NCBI GenBank assembly: GCA_019352075.1
Contig: JABBOA010000001.1
Coordinates: 5,827 to 69,826, forward strand
DNA from: Acidobacteriota bacterium
GTDB lineage: Bacteria > Actinomycetota > Acidimicrobiia > Acidimicrobiales > RAAP-2
Length of the DNA stretch: 64,000 bases
Direction: 5' to 3'
Shown: positions 26,763-38,308 of the stretch, one piece after another
Layout: each line of letters opens with the position of its first letter
Numbering within the stretch: the stretch's first letter is position 1
Program-made: the position numbers and the translations under genes
Notes under the pieces: generated by a model
Told to the model about the DNA's origin: nothing
Databases searched by the model: none
What the model saw: only the letters and a program-made list of their open reading frames with translations

Positions 26763-27197
26763 ATGGCGTCCTCGATAGGCTCTAGAGCAGTAATGAGGGG
26801 ATTGTCCTTGAAGAGGGTCACGAATCGGTGGGTGTTGTTGACCGCGATGGTCGTTTCCTTGACCCTCGGCGCGTCGGCCGTCGCCGTTGCCCACCAGATG
26901 CTGACGCCCCTGCAACGCTTCCAAGTGGCGCAACAGCTCTACAAGCACGACCTGTTCGTGATCAATCAGAAGTTCAGCGTCGCGATCATCCACGACAAGG
27001 CCGTCGAGGCGGCCGCACTCAGTGCGGCGAAGTCACCGGCGCAGAAGTACCTGGTGCGCGTGAACTTCAACCTCGCGCGGGCCAACGACGTCGCGATCTG
27101 GGAGGCCGATCTCAAGAAGTTGGGCGCAGCACCCCTCCTGTGGGAATTCACTCACCCCGCCACCACGACGACCACCACCGCGCTGGCGTCGTTCTAG
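26763..27197 (+). CDS. Hypothetical secreted or membrane-anchored protein
   Basis: N-terminal signal/TM WVLLTAMVVSLTLGASAVAVA. 144 aa. Alternative start at ATG 26793. Confidence 0.6.
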   Translation: MASSIGSRAVMRGLSLKRVTNRWVLLTAMVVSLTLGASAVAVAHQMLTPLQRFQVAQQLYKHDLFVINQKFSVAIIHDKAVEAAALSAAKSPAQKYLVRVNFNLARANDVAIWEADLKKLGAAPLLWEFTHPATTTTTTALASF

Positions 27198-27345
27198 GCG
27201 CGATGGCGCGCGCCGCGGCGAGCACCCCCTCGTGCCGCTGCGTCGATGCGATGACGTCGAGGGCCCCCGCGTTGAGGACCTCGGCGGCGCGAAGGCCCGC
27301 GAGGCCCGCGCCTACGACGAAGACGGCGCCCTCGTCGTAGGTACT
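27198..27345 (-). pseudogene. 5' fragment of an FAD/NAD(P)-binding oxidoreductase (amine-oxidase-like), no start codon, truncated
   Basis: The minus frame reads STYDEGAVFVVGAGLAGLRAAEVLNAGALDV (dinucleotide-binding GxGxxG) with high GC3. No in-frame start after the AKR stop. The frame runs into the 3' end of the convergent gene. Confidence 0.45.
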
Positions 27346-27377
27346 GCGACACGGTTCACGGCGCGCGCCGCCACACG

Positions 27378-28358
27378 CTACGTCAGACTGGCGGTATCGA
27401 TGCGCGCCATCACGTCGTCCGTGAGGAGTTCCACGGCGTCGAGTGCGGACATGTTCTCGCGGACCTGTTGGGCCGAGGACGCGCCAGTGATCACCGTCGA
27501 GACGTGGGGGTTCTTCACGCACCACGCGAGCGCCAACTGGGCCAGGGTGACGTCGAGGTCGGCGGCGATGGCCATCAGGGCGTCGACCTTGTGGAGTCGC
27601 GCCGGGTCGGTCAATGACGCCCGGAGCCACTCGTAGCCCGGGAGCGCGGCGCGCGATCCCTCCGGCACGCCCTTTTGGTACTTACCCGTCAAGAGACCTG
27701 ACGCGAGGGGCGACCAGATCGTCGTGCCCAGCCCGATGTCCTCGTAGAGTCGCGCGTATTCCTGTTCGACCCGCTCGCGGTGCAACAGGTTGTACTGCGG
27801 CTGTTCGACGACGGGCTTGTGCAGGTGGTGGCGCTCGGCAATCTCCCACGCCGCACGGATCTCGTCGGCGGACCACTCTGACGTTCCCCAGTAGAGCGCC
27901 TGGCCTCGCGAGACCATGTCGCTCATGGCCCACACCGTCTCCTCGATGGGGGTGGCGGGGTCGGGGCGGTGGCAGTAGACCAAGTCGACGAAGTCCAGAC
28001 CGAAGCGCTCTAGCGATCCCTCGATGGCCTGGGAGAGGTACTTACGGTTCAGGGTGTTCTTCATGTTGGGGGCGTCGAAGATTCCCCAGTAGAGCTTGGT
28101 CGAGACGACGTATTCGTGACGCGCCCAGCCCAGTTCGCGGAACGCCGCACCCATCACCCGCTCTGATTCGCCCGCGGCGTAGGCCTCGGCATTGTCAAAG
28201 AAGTTGACGCCGGCGTCCTTGGCCACCGAGAGGCACTCGGCGGCCTGGGCGGCGGACTCGAGTTGATTGGCGTTAGCAAAGGTGACCCAACTGCCAAAGG
28301 ACAGCACGCTGACCTGGAGGCCGGACCGACCGACGCGACGATATTGCATTTCAGCCAT
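27378..28358 (-). CDS. Aldo/keto reductase (Kv-beta-subunit-like family)
   Basis: [25 protein letters not shown]-terminus and [13 protein letters not shown]. 326 aa. Confidence 0.9.
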   Translation of the reverse strand: MAEMQYRRVGRSGLQVSVLSFGSWVTFANANQLESAAQAAECLSVAKDAGVNFFDNAEAYAAGESERVMGAAFRELGWARHEYVVSTKLYWGIFDAPNMKNTLNRKYLSQAIEGSLERFGLDFVDLVYCHRPDPATPIEETVWAMSDMVSRGQALYWGTSEWSADEIRAAWEIAERHHLHKPVVEQPQYNLLHRERVEQEYARLYEDIGLGTTIWSPLASGLLTGKYQKGVPEGSRAALPGYEWLRASLTDPARLHKVDALMAIAADLDVTLAQLALAWCVKNPHVSTVITGASSAQQVRENMSALDAVELLTDDVMARIDTASLT

Positions 28359-28393
28359 TGTTTCCTCCTACGGACGGGTTTTCGTCGAACAGA

Positions 28394-28543
28394 CTAGGCG
28401 GCGGTCTTGCGCGCCACGTCGGGCCAGTGCTCGAAAGAGACGTCTGACGCGGCGGGTTTCTTGACCAGTGCCACCACCCCCGCGATGGCGGCCGCCACCA
28501 TGAGAAGCAACATAACCTTCACGAAGACTTTGAAGAGACCCAT
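28394..28543 (-). CDS. Small single-pass membrane protein (49 aa), below the ORF-track length cutoff
   Basis: Translates to MGLFKVFVKVMLLLMVAAAIAGVVALVKKPAASDVSFEHWPDVARKTAA*. About 84 percent G/C at third positions by hand count. Lies 35 nt upstream of the AKR gene on the same strand. Confidence 0.5.
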   Translation of the reverse strand: MGLFKVFVKVMLLLMVAAAIAGVVALVKKPAASDVSFEHWPDVARKTAA

Positions 28544-28566
28544 GAGGCCACACTAGTGCTCGACCC

Positions 28567-28594
28567 TGGACATTGCTCGTCCGCGCGGTACAAT
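28567..28594 (+). promoter_or_regulatory. Candidate promoter of the leuA leader (TGGACA-16 nt-TACAAT)
   Basis: Hexamers at 28567-28572 and 28589-28594. The leader ORF GTG lies 6 nt after the -10 element. Confidence 0.4.
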
Positions 28595-28600
28595 AGGGGG

Positions 28601-28636
28601 GTGATGAACGGACGACGCGAGTTGCTTCTTCGATAG
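28601..28636 (+). CDS. leuA leader peptide (11 codons with a Leu-Leu-Leu run)
   Basis: GTG ATG AAC GGA CGA CGC GAG TTG CTT CTT CGA TAG translates to (V)MNGRRELLLR*. Two hairpins follow. Confidence 0.55.
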   Translation: MMNGRRELLLR

Positions 28637-28658
28637 GGCGAGCACGCGCTCGCCCGTC

Positions 28659-30394
<1,736 letters not shown>

Positions 30395-30419
30395 GAATTT
30401 TCAGGCGTAGGCTGGTGGG

Positions 30420-31040
30420 GTGCCGCACGCCTTCGTCGTACTGATTTCTTGGACCGCCGTCGCCGCCGGGGCGTTGGCCACGCTGGCGCAGTATCGCAGG
30501 GTGAGGACCCTGGGGGTCGAGGGCGTGTCCTCGGCCACGTGGTTACTCTTCACCCTGATCGGAGGGTTCTGGATCGCCTACGGGGCGTGGAGCGCGCACT
30601 CCTTCGTGGTGGTGATGGGCAGTCTGTTGTGCTGGCCGCTGCAGTTGGCGATCGTGGTGCGACTCGCACCGTGGCGCCATCAGCGCGGATCACTCCAGGC
30701 GATCGGCATGTTCACGGCGACCTGCGCGGTCCCCGGGTTCGTCGGAGGATGGTCCTACTGCGTCTACGGCTGCGGACTGGCGATGACGCTACTGCGCGGG
30801 CCCCAACTCGTCGAACTCGTGCGCGTGGGTGACTGGAGCGGCGTGTCGTCGGCCTCGTGGTTCTTCAGCGCGAGCTGCGCAATGTTGTGGATCACCTACT
30901 ACAGCGACATCCACCTCTGGGCGCCGCTGATCGCCACGGCGGCGTCGGGATCGGCCAGTCTGGTCATCGCGTCGTTGTCGGTGTGGCGTCATCGCCAGGG
31001 CGACGAGGAGTTCGTCCGTCGCGAGGTCTTCGCCACCTGA
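30420..31040 (+). CDS. Membrane protein with two PQ-loop/SemiSWEET-like repeats (predicted 3+1+3 TM)
   Basis: Repeat 1 is LAQYRRVRTLGVEGVSSATWLLFTLIGGFWIAYG. Repeat 2 is GPQLVELVRVGDWSGVSSASWFFSASCAMLWITYY. Seven hydrophobic segments. GTG start. Confidence 0.75.
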   Translation: MPHAFVVLISWTAVAAGALATLAQYRRVRTLGVEGVSSATWLLFTLIGGFWIAYGAWSAHSFVVVMGSLLCWPLQLAIVVRLAPWRHQRGSLQAIGMFTATCAVPGFVGGWSYCVYGCGLAMTLLRGPQLVELVRVGDWSGVSSASWFFSASCAMLWITYYSDIHLWAPLIATAASGSASLVIASLSVWRHRQGDEEFVRREVFAT

Positions 31041-31042
31041 GC

Positions 31043-31666
31043 TCAGTGAGCGACGACGTGACCGGCGTCGTCGAAGATCCCCTCCAGCGTCGGCGCGCTC
31101 GTGCGGGTCTCGTAGGACGTGATCTCGCCCTCGTGGCGCAGCGTGAGGCCGATGTCGTCCCAGCCATTGAGCAGTCGTTCGCGGGTCATGGCCTCGAGTG
31201 CGAAGGGGCGCGACCATCCCGACGCGGGCACCTCCACCTGCATCCGTTCGACGTCGACCACCACGAGACGCGACGGGTCGTCCTTGATCAGCGCCACCAG
31301 TTCCTCGACGTCAGTCGCGTCCAACTGGGCGATGACCAGACCCTGCTTGGAGGAGTTGTTACGGAAGATGTCCCCGAAGGAGGGCGCGATCACGGCCCCG
31401 AAGCCGTAGTCCATGAGGGCCCAGACGGCGTGTTCGCGCGAGGACCCGGTGCCGAAGCGGGGTCCGGCCACCAGCACGGTGGCCCCCGCGTAGCGCGCGT
31501 CGTTCAAGACGAAGCTGGGATCGTCACGCCACTCGCTGAAGAGCCCCCGGCCGAAGCCGGTGCGTTCGACGCGCTTGAGCCAGTCCGAGGGGATGATCTG
31601 GTCGGTGTCAACGTCCGCGCGTTCCAGGGGGACGGCGCGGCCTTCGATGACGCGCACGGCCTTCAT
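31043..31666 (-). CDS. leuD: 3-isopropylmalate dehydratase small subunit
   Basis: DVDTDQIIP and [13 protein letters not shown] motifs. ATGA overlap with leuC stop. The ORF-track start 31849 lies inside leuC. Confidence 0.93.
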   Translation of the reverse strand: MKAVRVIEGRAVPLERADVDTDQIIPSDWLKRVERTGFGRGLFSEWRDDPSFVLNDARYAGATVLVAGPRFGTGSSREHAVWALMDYGFGAVIAPSFGDIFRNNSSKQGLVIAQLDATDVEELVALIKDDPSRLVVVDVERMQVEVPASGWSRPFALEAMTRERLLNGWDDIGLTLRHEGEITSYETRTSAPTLEGIFDDAGHVVAH

Positions 31667-33069
31667 GAGCTCACCTCGTCCGACGTCGCGAATCGCCCGA
31701 GGATCGCCGTCGCGGCGGCGACGACGGGTGAGACCAAGTGGGTTCGGCCCCCACGGCCCTGACGACCCTCGAAATTGCGATTGGAGGTGGAGGCGCTGCG
31801 TTGACCCGGTGTCAACTGGTCGGGGTTCATGCCCAGGCACATCGAACACCCGGGTTCACGCCATTCGAAACCCGCCGCCAGAAACACCTGGTCCAGACCT
31901 TCCTCCTCGGCCTGGCGTTTGACGCGGTGCGAGCCGGGTACCACCAGTGCGCGCACTGTGGGCGCCACGTGGTGCCCCCGAGCGACGCCGGCCGCCGCGC
32001 GCAGGTCCTCGATGCGACTATTCGTGCACGAACCGATGAAGACCACGTCCACGGGGATCTCCTTGATCGGCGTACCCGGTGCGAGGCCCATGTAGGTGAG
32101 TGAGCGCTGCGTGGTGCTGGCGACGTCGGGGTCCGAGAAGTCGGCCGGATCGGGCACCACACCGTCGAGGGCGACGACCTGGGCGGGATTCGTCCCCCAG
32201 GTGATGTAGGGCGCGAGGTCGGCCGCGTCGAGCGTGACCGTCTGGTCGAAGACGGCGTCGTCGTCGGAGACGAACTCGCGCCAGCGCGCCGCGGCCCGCT
32301 CGAACTCGTCACCGGACGCAACGCCCGGACGTCCGCGCAGGTACTCGATGGTCGTCTCGTCGACCGCCACCAGCCCCGCGCGTGCCCCGGCCTCGATGCT
32401 CATGTTGCACAGGGTCATGCGACCCTCCATCGAGAGGTCCCGGATCGCCTGACCGCGGTACTCCACCACGTACCCCGCACCGCCGCCGGTGCCCAGAGTG
32501 GCCACGATCGCGAGCACGATGTCCTTGGCCGAGACGCCCTCGGGGGCGGGACCCTCGACGACGACGGCCATGGTCTTGGCGCGCTGCTGGGGGAGGGTCT
32601 GGGTGGCGAGCACGTGTTCGACCTCGCTGGTGCCGATGCCGAAGGCCAGCGCGGCGAACGCGCCGTGGGTCGAGGTGTGCGAGTCGCCGCAGACGATGGT
32701 CATGCCGGGCTGGGTGACGCCGAGTTCGGGTCCGATGACGTGCACGATCCCCTGGTTCTCGTGCCCGCGCGGGAAGACGGTGATACCGAACTCCTCGCAG
32801 TTCTCCTCGAGGGCCTCGAGCTGGCGCCGGGAGACCGGGTCCTTGACGGGCACCGAGAGTGGGTCGGTGGGCACGTTGTGGTCGGCGGTCGCGAGGGTGC
32901 GGTCGGGGCGCCGGACCCCACGTCCACCGAGTCGCAGGCCGTCGAAGGCTTGGGGCGAGGTGACCTCGTGCACGAGGTGCAAGTCGACGTACATGATGGC
33001 CGATTCGCCCTCGGGGGCGGCGACGAGGTGCTCGTCCCAGATCTTCTCGTAGAGGGTGCGAGCGGCCAT
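31663..33069 (-). CDS. leuC: 3-isopropylmalate dehydratase large subunit
   Basis: [15 protein letters not shown]-terminus, VCGDSHT and GSCTNSR / GCSMCLGMN Fe-S ligand motifs. Confidence 0.95.
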   Translation of the reverse strand: MAARTLYEKIWDEHLVAAPEGESAIMYVDLHLVHEVTSPQAFDGLRLGGRGVRRPDRTLATADHNVPTDPLSVPVKDPVSRRQLEALEENCEEFGITVFPRGHENQGIVHVIGPELGVTQPGMTIVCGDSHTSTHGAFAALAFGIGTSEVEHVLATQTLPQQRAKTMAVVVEGPAPEGVSAKDIVLAIVATLGTGGGAGYVVEYRGQAIRDLSMEGRMTLCNMSIEAGARAGLVAVDETTIEYLRGRPGVASGDEFERAAARWREFVSDDDAVFDQTVTLDAADLAPYITWGTNPAQVVALDGVVPDPADFSDPDVASTTQRSLTYMGLAPGTPIKEIPVDVVFIGSCTNSRIEDLRAAAGVARGHHVAPTVRALVVPGSHRVKRQAEEEGLDQVFLAAGFEWREPGCSMCLGMNPDQLTPGQRSASTSNRNFEGRQGRGGRTHLVSPVVAAATAILGRFATSDEVSS

Positions 33070-33546
33070 CTAGCGCAACCCCACGATCTTGACGCGCAGG
33101 ACGCCCGAGGGCGCCTCGTATTCGACGAGGTCACCGACGCTACGACCCAGGAGGGCCGCACCGAGTGGCGACGTGGGCGAGGCGACCAGGACGCCATCGG
33201 GCTTCTCCTCGATCGAGCCGATGAAGAACTCCTGGAAATCGTCGTCGGCGTCGCCCTCGTAGACGATCTGCACGATCGAGGCGTGTTGGGCGATGTCGGC
33301 GTTCTCGTCGCGTTCGACGAGCTCGTGGTTGCGGATCACGTTGTCGATCTGGCGGATGCGCGACTCCATCTTGCCCTGCTCGTCCTTGGCCGCGTGGTAG
33401 TCCCCGTTCTCGCTCAGGTCGCCGAGCAGGCGCGCCGACTCGATGATGCGCGCGATCTCGGTGCGCCCCACCGTCGTCAAGTGGTGGTACTCGTGACGCA
33501 ACTTGTCCAGCGTCTCTTTCGTAATGCGATGAATCTCGACCGCCAT
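33070..33546 (-). CDS. greA: Transcription elongation factor GreA
   Basis: [30 protein letters not shown] coiled-coil tip and C-terminal [17 protein letters not shown]. 158 aa. The stop is immediately followed by leuC ATG. Confidence 0.9.
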   Translation of the reverse strand: MAVEIHRITKETLDKLRHEYHHLTTVGRTEIARIIESARLLGDLSENGDYHAAKDEQGKMESRIRQIDNVIRNHELVERDENADIAQHASIVQIVYEGDADDDFQEFFIGSIEEKPDGVLVASPTSPLGAALLGRSVGDLVEYEAPSGVLRVKIVGLR

Positions 33547-33665
33547 GGTCCATCCCCCACTCGAACAGAAGTACTGATTCTACCCAGTCGCCTCCTCCCC
33601 GGCGCAGTCGGTTTTGCCCCGTGAGGGTCCCTCCGAGCAAAATAGGTGCAACAAGGAGACGGCTC

Positions 33666-34685
33666 ATGACCCAGCGTGTTCACTCGATCGCCGTGATCGG
33701 CGGCGACGGTATCGGTCCCGAGGTGACGGCCGCGGCGCTCGAGGTCGTTAGGGCCGCGGGGGTGTCGGTCACGACGCGCGAATTCGACCTGGGCGCCGCG
33801 CGCTACCTTCGCGACGGCTTCGTGCTCGATGACGCCACGCTGGAGGAACTACGCGGCTTCGACGCGATCATGTTGGGCGCGATCGGCCCGGCCATCGGTG
33901 ATAGGCGTATTCCCGGCGGCACCCTCGAGCGCGGGTTGCTCTTGGCCATGCGCTTCGGGCTCGACCTCTACGTCAATTACCGCCCGTTCCACGGGGTCGA
34001 GGGCTCACTAGCCGCCGGGTGCGATTTCGCCATCGTGCGAGAGAACACCGAGGGACCCTACGCCGGTGAGGGCGGGGCACTACGTCACGGCACGCCCCAC
34101 GAGGTCGCCACTCAGGGATCGGTCAACACCCGCTTCGGCGTCGAACGCTGTGTGCGTTACGCCTTCGAGCGCGCCGCGCGCGCCGCGGTGCCCAAGGTGA
34201 CCCTGGTGCACAAGACCAACGTCTTGACCTTCGCCGGCGATCTCTGGTCGCGCGTGGTCGCCGAGGTGGGCGCGGAGTTTCCCGGCGTCGCCGTCGACTA
34301 CCACCACGTCGACGCCGCGTGCATCTACCTGGTCGAGGACCCCCAGCGTTACAGCGTCATCGTTACCGACAACCTCTTCGGCGACATCCTCTCGGACCTG
34401 GCCGGCGCGGTGACCGGGGGTATCGGCTACGCCGCCAGCGCGAACCTCAATCCGACCAAGACGGGGGCGTCGCTGTTCGAACCCGTGCACGGGGCGGCGC
34501 ACGACATCGTCGGGACCAATCGCGCCAATCCTCTGGCGGCGGTGTCGTCGGCGGTTCTGATGCTCGAGCACCTGGGCGAGGAAGAGGCGGCCGCACGCAT
34601 CGCCCGCGCGGTGAGAGACTTCGAGGGTGACGCCGCGATTCTCGGGACGTCCGCAGTGACTGCTCAATTGTTAGAGAGGTTGTAG
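33666..34685 (+). CDS. leuB: 3-isopropylmalate dehydrogenase
   Basis: [23 protein letters not shown] and [11 protein letters not shown] motifs. ATG 33666 is preceded by AAGGAG. Confidence 0.94.
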   Translation: MTQRVHSIAVIGGDGIGPEVTAAALEVVRAAGVSVTTREFDLGAARYLRDGFVLDDATLEELRGFDAIMLGAIGPAIGDRRIPGGTLERGLLLAMRFGLDLYVNYRPFHGVEGSLAAGCDFAIVRENTEGPYAGEGGALRHGTPHEVATQGSVNTRFGVERCVRYAFERAARAAVPKVTLVHKTNVLTFAGDLWSRVVAEVGAEFPGVAVDYHHVDAACIYLVEDPQRYSVIVTDNLFGDILSDLAGAVTGGIGYAASANLNPTKTGASLFEPVHGAAHDIVGTNRANPLAAVSSAVLMLEHLGEEEAAARIARAVRDFEGDAAILGTSAVTAQLLERL

Positions 34686-35612
34686 ATGCCCATCACCCCT
34701 ACCAAGAAGATCTGGATGGACGGTCAACTCGTCGACTGGGACCTCGCCACGACGCACGTGCTGACCCATACCCTGCACTACGGCACCGGGGCCTTCGAGG
34801 GCATTCGCGCCTACAAGACCCCCACGGGACCGGCCATCTTTCGACTCGACGAGCACATCGATCGACTGCTACGCAGTTGCAAGATCCTCATGATCGACGT
34901 GCCCTTCAGCCGCGATGAACTGGTCGAGGCCTGCGTCGAGGTGGTTCACGTGAACGACCTGTCCGAGGGCTGCTACCTGCGCCCGCTGGTCTACCTGGGT
35001 TACGGCGAGATGGGCATCAATCCGCTGAACTGTCCGGTCAACGTCGCCATCGCGGCGTGGCCCTGGGGTGCCTACCTGGGTGATCACGGCCTCGAGCACG
35101 GGGTGCGGATGAAGATCTCGTCGTGGATGCGTCACGCGCCCAACGCGATGCCCACCGCGTCCAAGACCGTGGGCGGCTACGTCAATTCGACGCTGGCCAA
35201 GGTCGAGGCCATCAAGGCCGGCTACGACGAGGCGATCATGCTGGGCCCGGACGCACGGGTCTCGGAGTGCACGGGGGAGAACCTCTTCATCGTGCGTGAC
35301 GGGCTGATCATCTCGCCGCCGCCCTCGGAGGCGGGGGCGCTGCGCGGCATCACTCAGCACAGCATCGTGACCATCGCGCACGACCTGGGCCACGAGGTGA
35401 GCTTCGAATCGTTGCGTCGCGACGACCTCTACATCGCCGATGAGGCGTTCTTGACCGGCACCGCGGCCGAGGTCGTTCCGATCGGCTCGGTGGACGACCG
35501 CGTGGTGGGCGACGGGACACCCGGACCGATCACCAAGGCGCTCCAGACGACGTACTTCCAGGCCGTGCGCGGTGAACTGGCGCAGTACGACCACTGGCTC
35601 ACAAGGGTCTAG
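34686..35612 (+). CDS. ilvE: Branched-chain amino-acid aminotransferase
   Basis: HVLTHTLHYGTGAFEGIRAY, the PLP-lysine region and GITQHSI. Starts directly after the leuB stop. Confidence 0.93.
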   Translation: MPITPTKKIWMDGQLVDWDLATTHVLTHTLHYGTGAFEGIRAYKTPTGPAIFRLDEHIDRLLRSCKILMIDVPFSRDELVEACVEVVHVNDLSEGCYLRPLVYLGYGEMGINPLNCPVNVAIAAWPWGAYLGDHGLEHGVRMKISSWMRHAPNAMPTASKTVGGYVNSTLAKVEAIKAGYDEAIMLGPDARVSECTGENLFIVRDGLIISPPPSEAGALRGITQHSIVTIAHDLGHEVSFESLRRDDLYIADEAFLTGTAAEVVPIGSVDDRVVGDGTPGPITKALQTTYFQAVRGELAQYDHWLTRV

Positions 35613-35636
35613 GGCGCGGGCGGGTAGTCTCTGAGC

Positions 35637-36074
35637 GTGACGCAACCTACTTTCTCTCCCGTGTCGCGCAGTGGGGAAGTGCGTCCCACCGTGTCGACGG
35701 CCACCCCAGAGATCGGCCGCCAGAGGAAGGTCGGTCTCCTGCGTCACGCGCCCACGAGCGCGGGTATGGGTACGCAGGCTCCCGGCGAGGGCTTCGCCAT
35801 GACCCTGGCCCAGCGCGAGTGTGCCGAACTGCACGTGACGGGCATCGACCACCACGACCTCGTGGTGGGGGTGGCGCTGGTGGCGGCCAAGCGCGCGAGC
35901 CTCGCCGGACGCGGTCCCACGGTCTACGACGTGCGCGTCGCGCTCGACCTCTTCGGATTGCGGAGCCACGAGCCGACGATGACCGCCGGCTTCGCCGGTC
36001 TCGCTCACAGTTACGCGGCCCAGCGGCGCTTCGTGGACGCCGTCACCGAGGAACAGCTTTTTTCCCAGCCGTAG
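35637..36074 (+). CDS. Hypothetical protein
   Basis: 145-aa ORF with a GTG start. GC3 is clearly coding-like from about 35800 onward. Internal ATGs at about 35766 and 35799 are alternative starts. I recognised no family. Confidence 0.5.
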   Translation: MTQPTFSPVSRSGEVRPTVSTATPEIGRQRKVGLLRHAPTSAGMGTQAPGEGFAMTLAQRECAELHVTGIDHHDLVVGVALVAAKRASLAGRGPTVYDVRVALDLFGLRSHEPTMTAGFAGLAHSYAAQRRFVDAVTEEQLFSQP

Positions 36075-36095
36075 CCGACTCAACGAGGAGCCCGC

Positions 36096-37238
36096 ATGAC
36101 GTTCGTATTGAATGAGGAACAGCGGGCTTTTCGCGACGTCCTCAAGACCTTCGTGGACGAGCGCGTCGCCCCGCACGCGGCGCGTTACGACCGCGACCAG
36201 GAATTCCCCCAGGACAGCTGGGACGCCTGCGTGGAGATGGACCTGCCCGCGCTGTGGGTACCCCCCGCGTACGGCGGGGTCGGCGCCGACATGGTGACCC
36301 AAGCGGTGGTGGCCGAGGAACTGGCACGCGGGTGCGCCTCCACCTCGGTCACGTGGTTGATCTCGAAGTTGGGCATGCTACCCGTGATGAACTTCGCCTC
36401 CGAGGAACTCAAATCCACGTATTTGCCCCGCATCGCCGCGGGGACCGCCCAAGCCAGTTACTGCCTGTCGGAGGCCGACGCCGGATCCGACGTGGCGGCC
36501 ATGCGCTGTCGCGCCGAGCGTGACGGGGACGAGTACGTCCTCAACGGTTCGAAGTACTGGATCACCAACGCGGGTGTCTCGGACACCTACACCGTGTTCG
36601 CCAGCACCGAGCCAACGGCTAAGAGTCACGGGATCACGTGTTTCCTCGTGGAGAAGGAGTGGGGGGTCAAGGTCGCCAAGCACGAGGACAAGCTGGGTCT
36701 TCGCGCCTCGCCGACCGGCGAAGTGGTCTTCGACGACGTGCGCGTGCCCCTCTCGCACCGCATCGGCGAAGAGGGAGAGGGCTTTCGCATCGCGATGCAC
36801 ACCCTGGACCGTTCACGTCCGACCATCGGGGCCCAGGCGGTCGGGGTCTCCCAGGCGGCCATTGACTACGCGGCGGGGTACATGACCCAGCGCAAGGCCT
36901 TCGGCGCGCCGATCTCTCAGCTCCAGGGCCTGCGTTTCATGCTCGCCGACATGGCGATCCGCACCGAGGCCTCGCGCGCCCTGGTCTACGCGGCGTGCGC
37001 GACCATCGACGTCGGCGACCCCGACCGCAATCTCAACTACCTGGGTGCGGCCGCCAAATCCTTCGCGTCCGACACGGCGATGAGCGTCACCACCGACGCG
37101 GTGCAACTCCTCGGTGGCTACGGCTTCACGAAAGACTTCCCGGTGGAGCGCTTCATGCGCGACGCCAAGATCACCCAGATTTACGAGGGAACCAATCAAG
37201 TCCAGCGCGTGGTGGTTGCAAAACACCTGTTCAAATAA
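36096..37238 (+). CDS. Acyl-CoA dehydrogenase (short/branched-chain type)
   Basis: YCLSEADAGSD and KYWITNAG motifs and catalytic-base context QIYEGTNQVQR. 380 aa. Confidence 0.93.
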   Translation: MTFVLNEEQRAFRDVLKTFVDERVAPHAARYDRDQEFPQDSWDACVEMDLPALWVPPAYGGVGADMVTQAVVAEELARGCASTSVTWLISKLGMLPVMNFASEELKSTYLPRIAAGTAQASYCLSEADAGSDVAAMRCRAERDGDEYVLNGSKYWITNAGVSDTYTVFASTEPTAKSHGITCFLVEKEWGVKVAKHEDKLGLRASPTGEVVFDDVRVPLSHRIGEEGEGFRIAMHTLDRSRPTIGAQAVGVSQAAIDYAAGYMTQRKAFGAPISQLQGLRFMLADMAIRTEASRALVYAACATIDVGDPDRNLNYLGAAAKSFASDTAMSVTTDAVQLLGGYGFTKDFPVERFMRDAKITQIYEGTNQVQRVVVAKHLFK

Positions 37239-37756
37239 CGTTCCGAGGACACGTTCGACTGCGGTATCTCTCCTCCTCCACTAGTCGACCCCCCAATTGA
37301 CGCAATCCGCACCCGGTCCGGCGGTCGGGTGGGTGTGAATGCGCAACCGCCTCTCGCCAGGCGAGAAGGTACGTGGCGTCGGGGCCAGAAAGCCTGTCGC
37401 TGCGGCGCACTGTCGGAAAAAGCGAAGTGTGAGAGTCGATATGGGCCTGCCCGACGACGACGTCTGGTACCGCGACGAGCCTGGCAGAAGGGACCTCCCT
37501 CTCGTTCAGTCGCTCTTCATCGGTCCGTCCGGCTCTGCGGGCGACGGAACTCGCGCCGCAGACGAAGTGAGTCGAACGGATCAGGGTGGACGGGGCGATC
37601 GGGGTTCACCGCACTGGGGATGAGTTGAGCGAGTGCGACGTGGCACGATCCACGTCGTGCTCCTTGATGACGACCCCGCGTGGCGAGGCAATCGCGAAGC
37701 GTCCGTGACGAGGTTCTGCGCCCCTCACTGGTCGTGGGCGGGCGGCCCATCGACCC

Positions 37757-38140
37757 TCATCGAGAACGACGACCGACCTCCTCGAAGGCCCGTGCCTTGC
37801 GACGGAATTGTCGACGAAGTTGGAAGATGCGAACGGAGCCCAGCGCGAGCACCATGAGCGCTCCGAGAATCACCGCGCCCAGCAGTGCCACCGAGAGGGG
37901 GAGCGTTCCAGAGAGCGTGAAGAGACGGACCTTCACGTCTTCGGGATTCTGAAAGACGAACACCAAGATGATGATCAGCACGACCAGGACGGGGAGCAAC
38001 CCTATCCACGCCCGCGACGTTCGTGTCGACAAGATCACGTCGGACGAGGGAAGTGGTTCAGCTCCGGTGTCGACTGGAACATCTCTCGGCCCTGGGTGGG
38101 CGACCGGGGCGTCATCCTCGTCGTTGGATTGGTCTGCCAT
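37757..38140 (-). CDS. LapA-domain (DUF1049-like) small membrane protein
   Basis: Acidic N-terminus, then WIGLLPVLVVLIIILVFVFQN...LPLSVALLGAVILGALMVLALG...QLRRQFRRK. ATG 38140 is chosen within the ORF-track ORF 37757-38272. Confidence 0.7.
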   Translation of the reverse strand: MADQSNDEDDAPVAHPGPRDVPVDTGAEPLPSSDVILSTRTSRAWIGLLPVLVVLIIILVFVFQNPEDVKVRLFTLSGTLPLSVALLGAVILGALMVLALGSVRIFQLRRQFRRKARAFEEVGRRSR

Positions 38141-38308
38141 GAATGCCCCCAATCTGCCTCGTTCGCGAGGCGACGCACCCCGGAGCGCGATACCCTCTTG
38201 GGATCGACGACAGGGGTTGGTTCTGATTATGCAGCACTGACGACACGACCGCGTGTAGTTCGTTACGACCAAGGTAGTTCGTTTTGGGTCGCGAGGCGAT
38301 TCCCACGG

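Noticed and set aside
27148-27630. 160-aa minus-strand ORF as an intact gene.
   Set aside because: Its first 95 or so codons overlap the well-supported aldo/keto reductase gene in another frame and are Arg/Pro-rich noise. Only the last 50 or so codons (the FAD-binding motif) look genuine, and these are reported as a gene fragment.
28368-28553. 61-aa ORF-track ORF on the minus strand.
   Set aside because: The translation is Gly/Arg-rich nonsense. A different minus frame in the same interval gives a clean TM micro-protein with much better codon bias (reported at 28394-28543).
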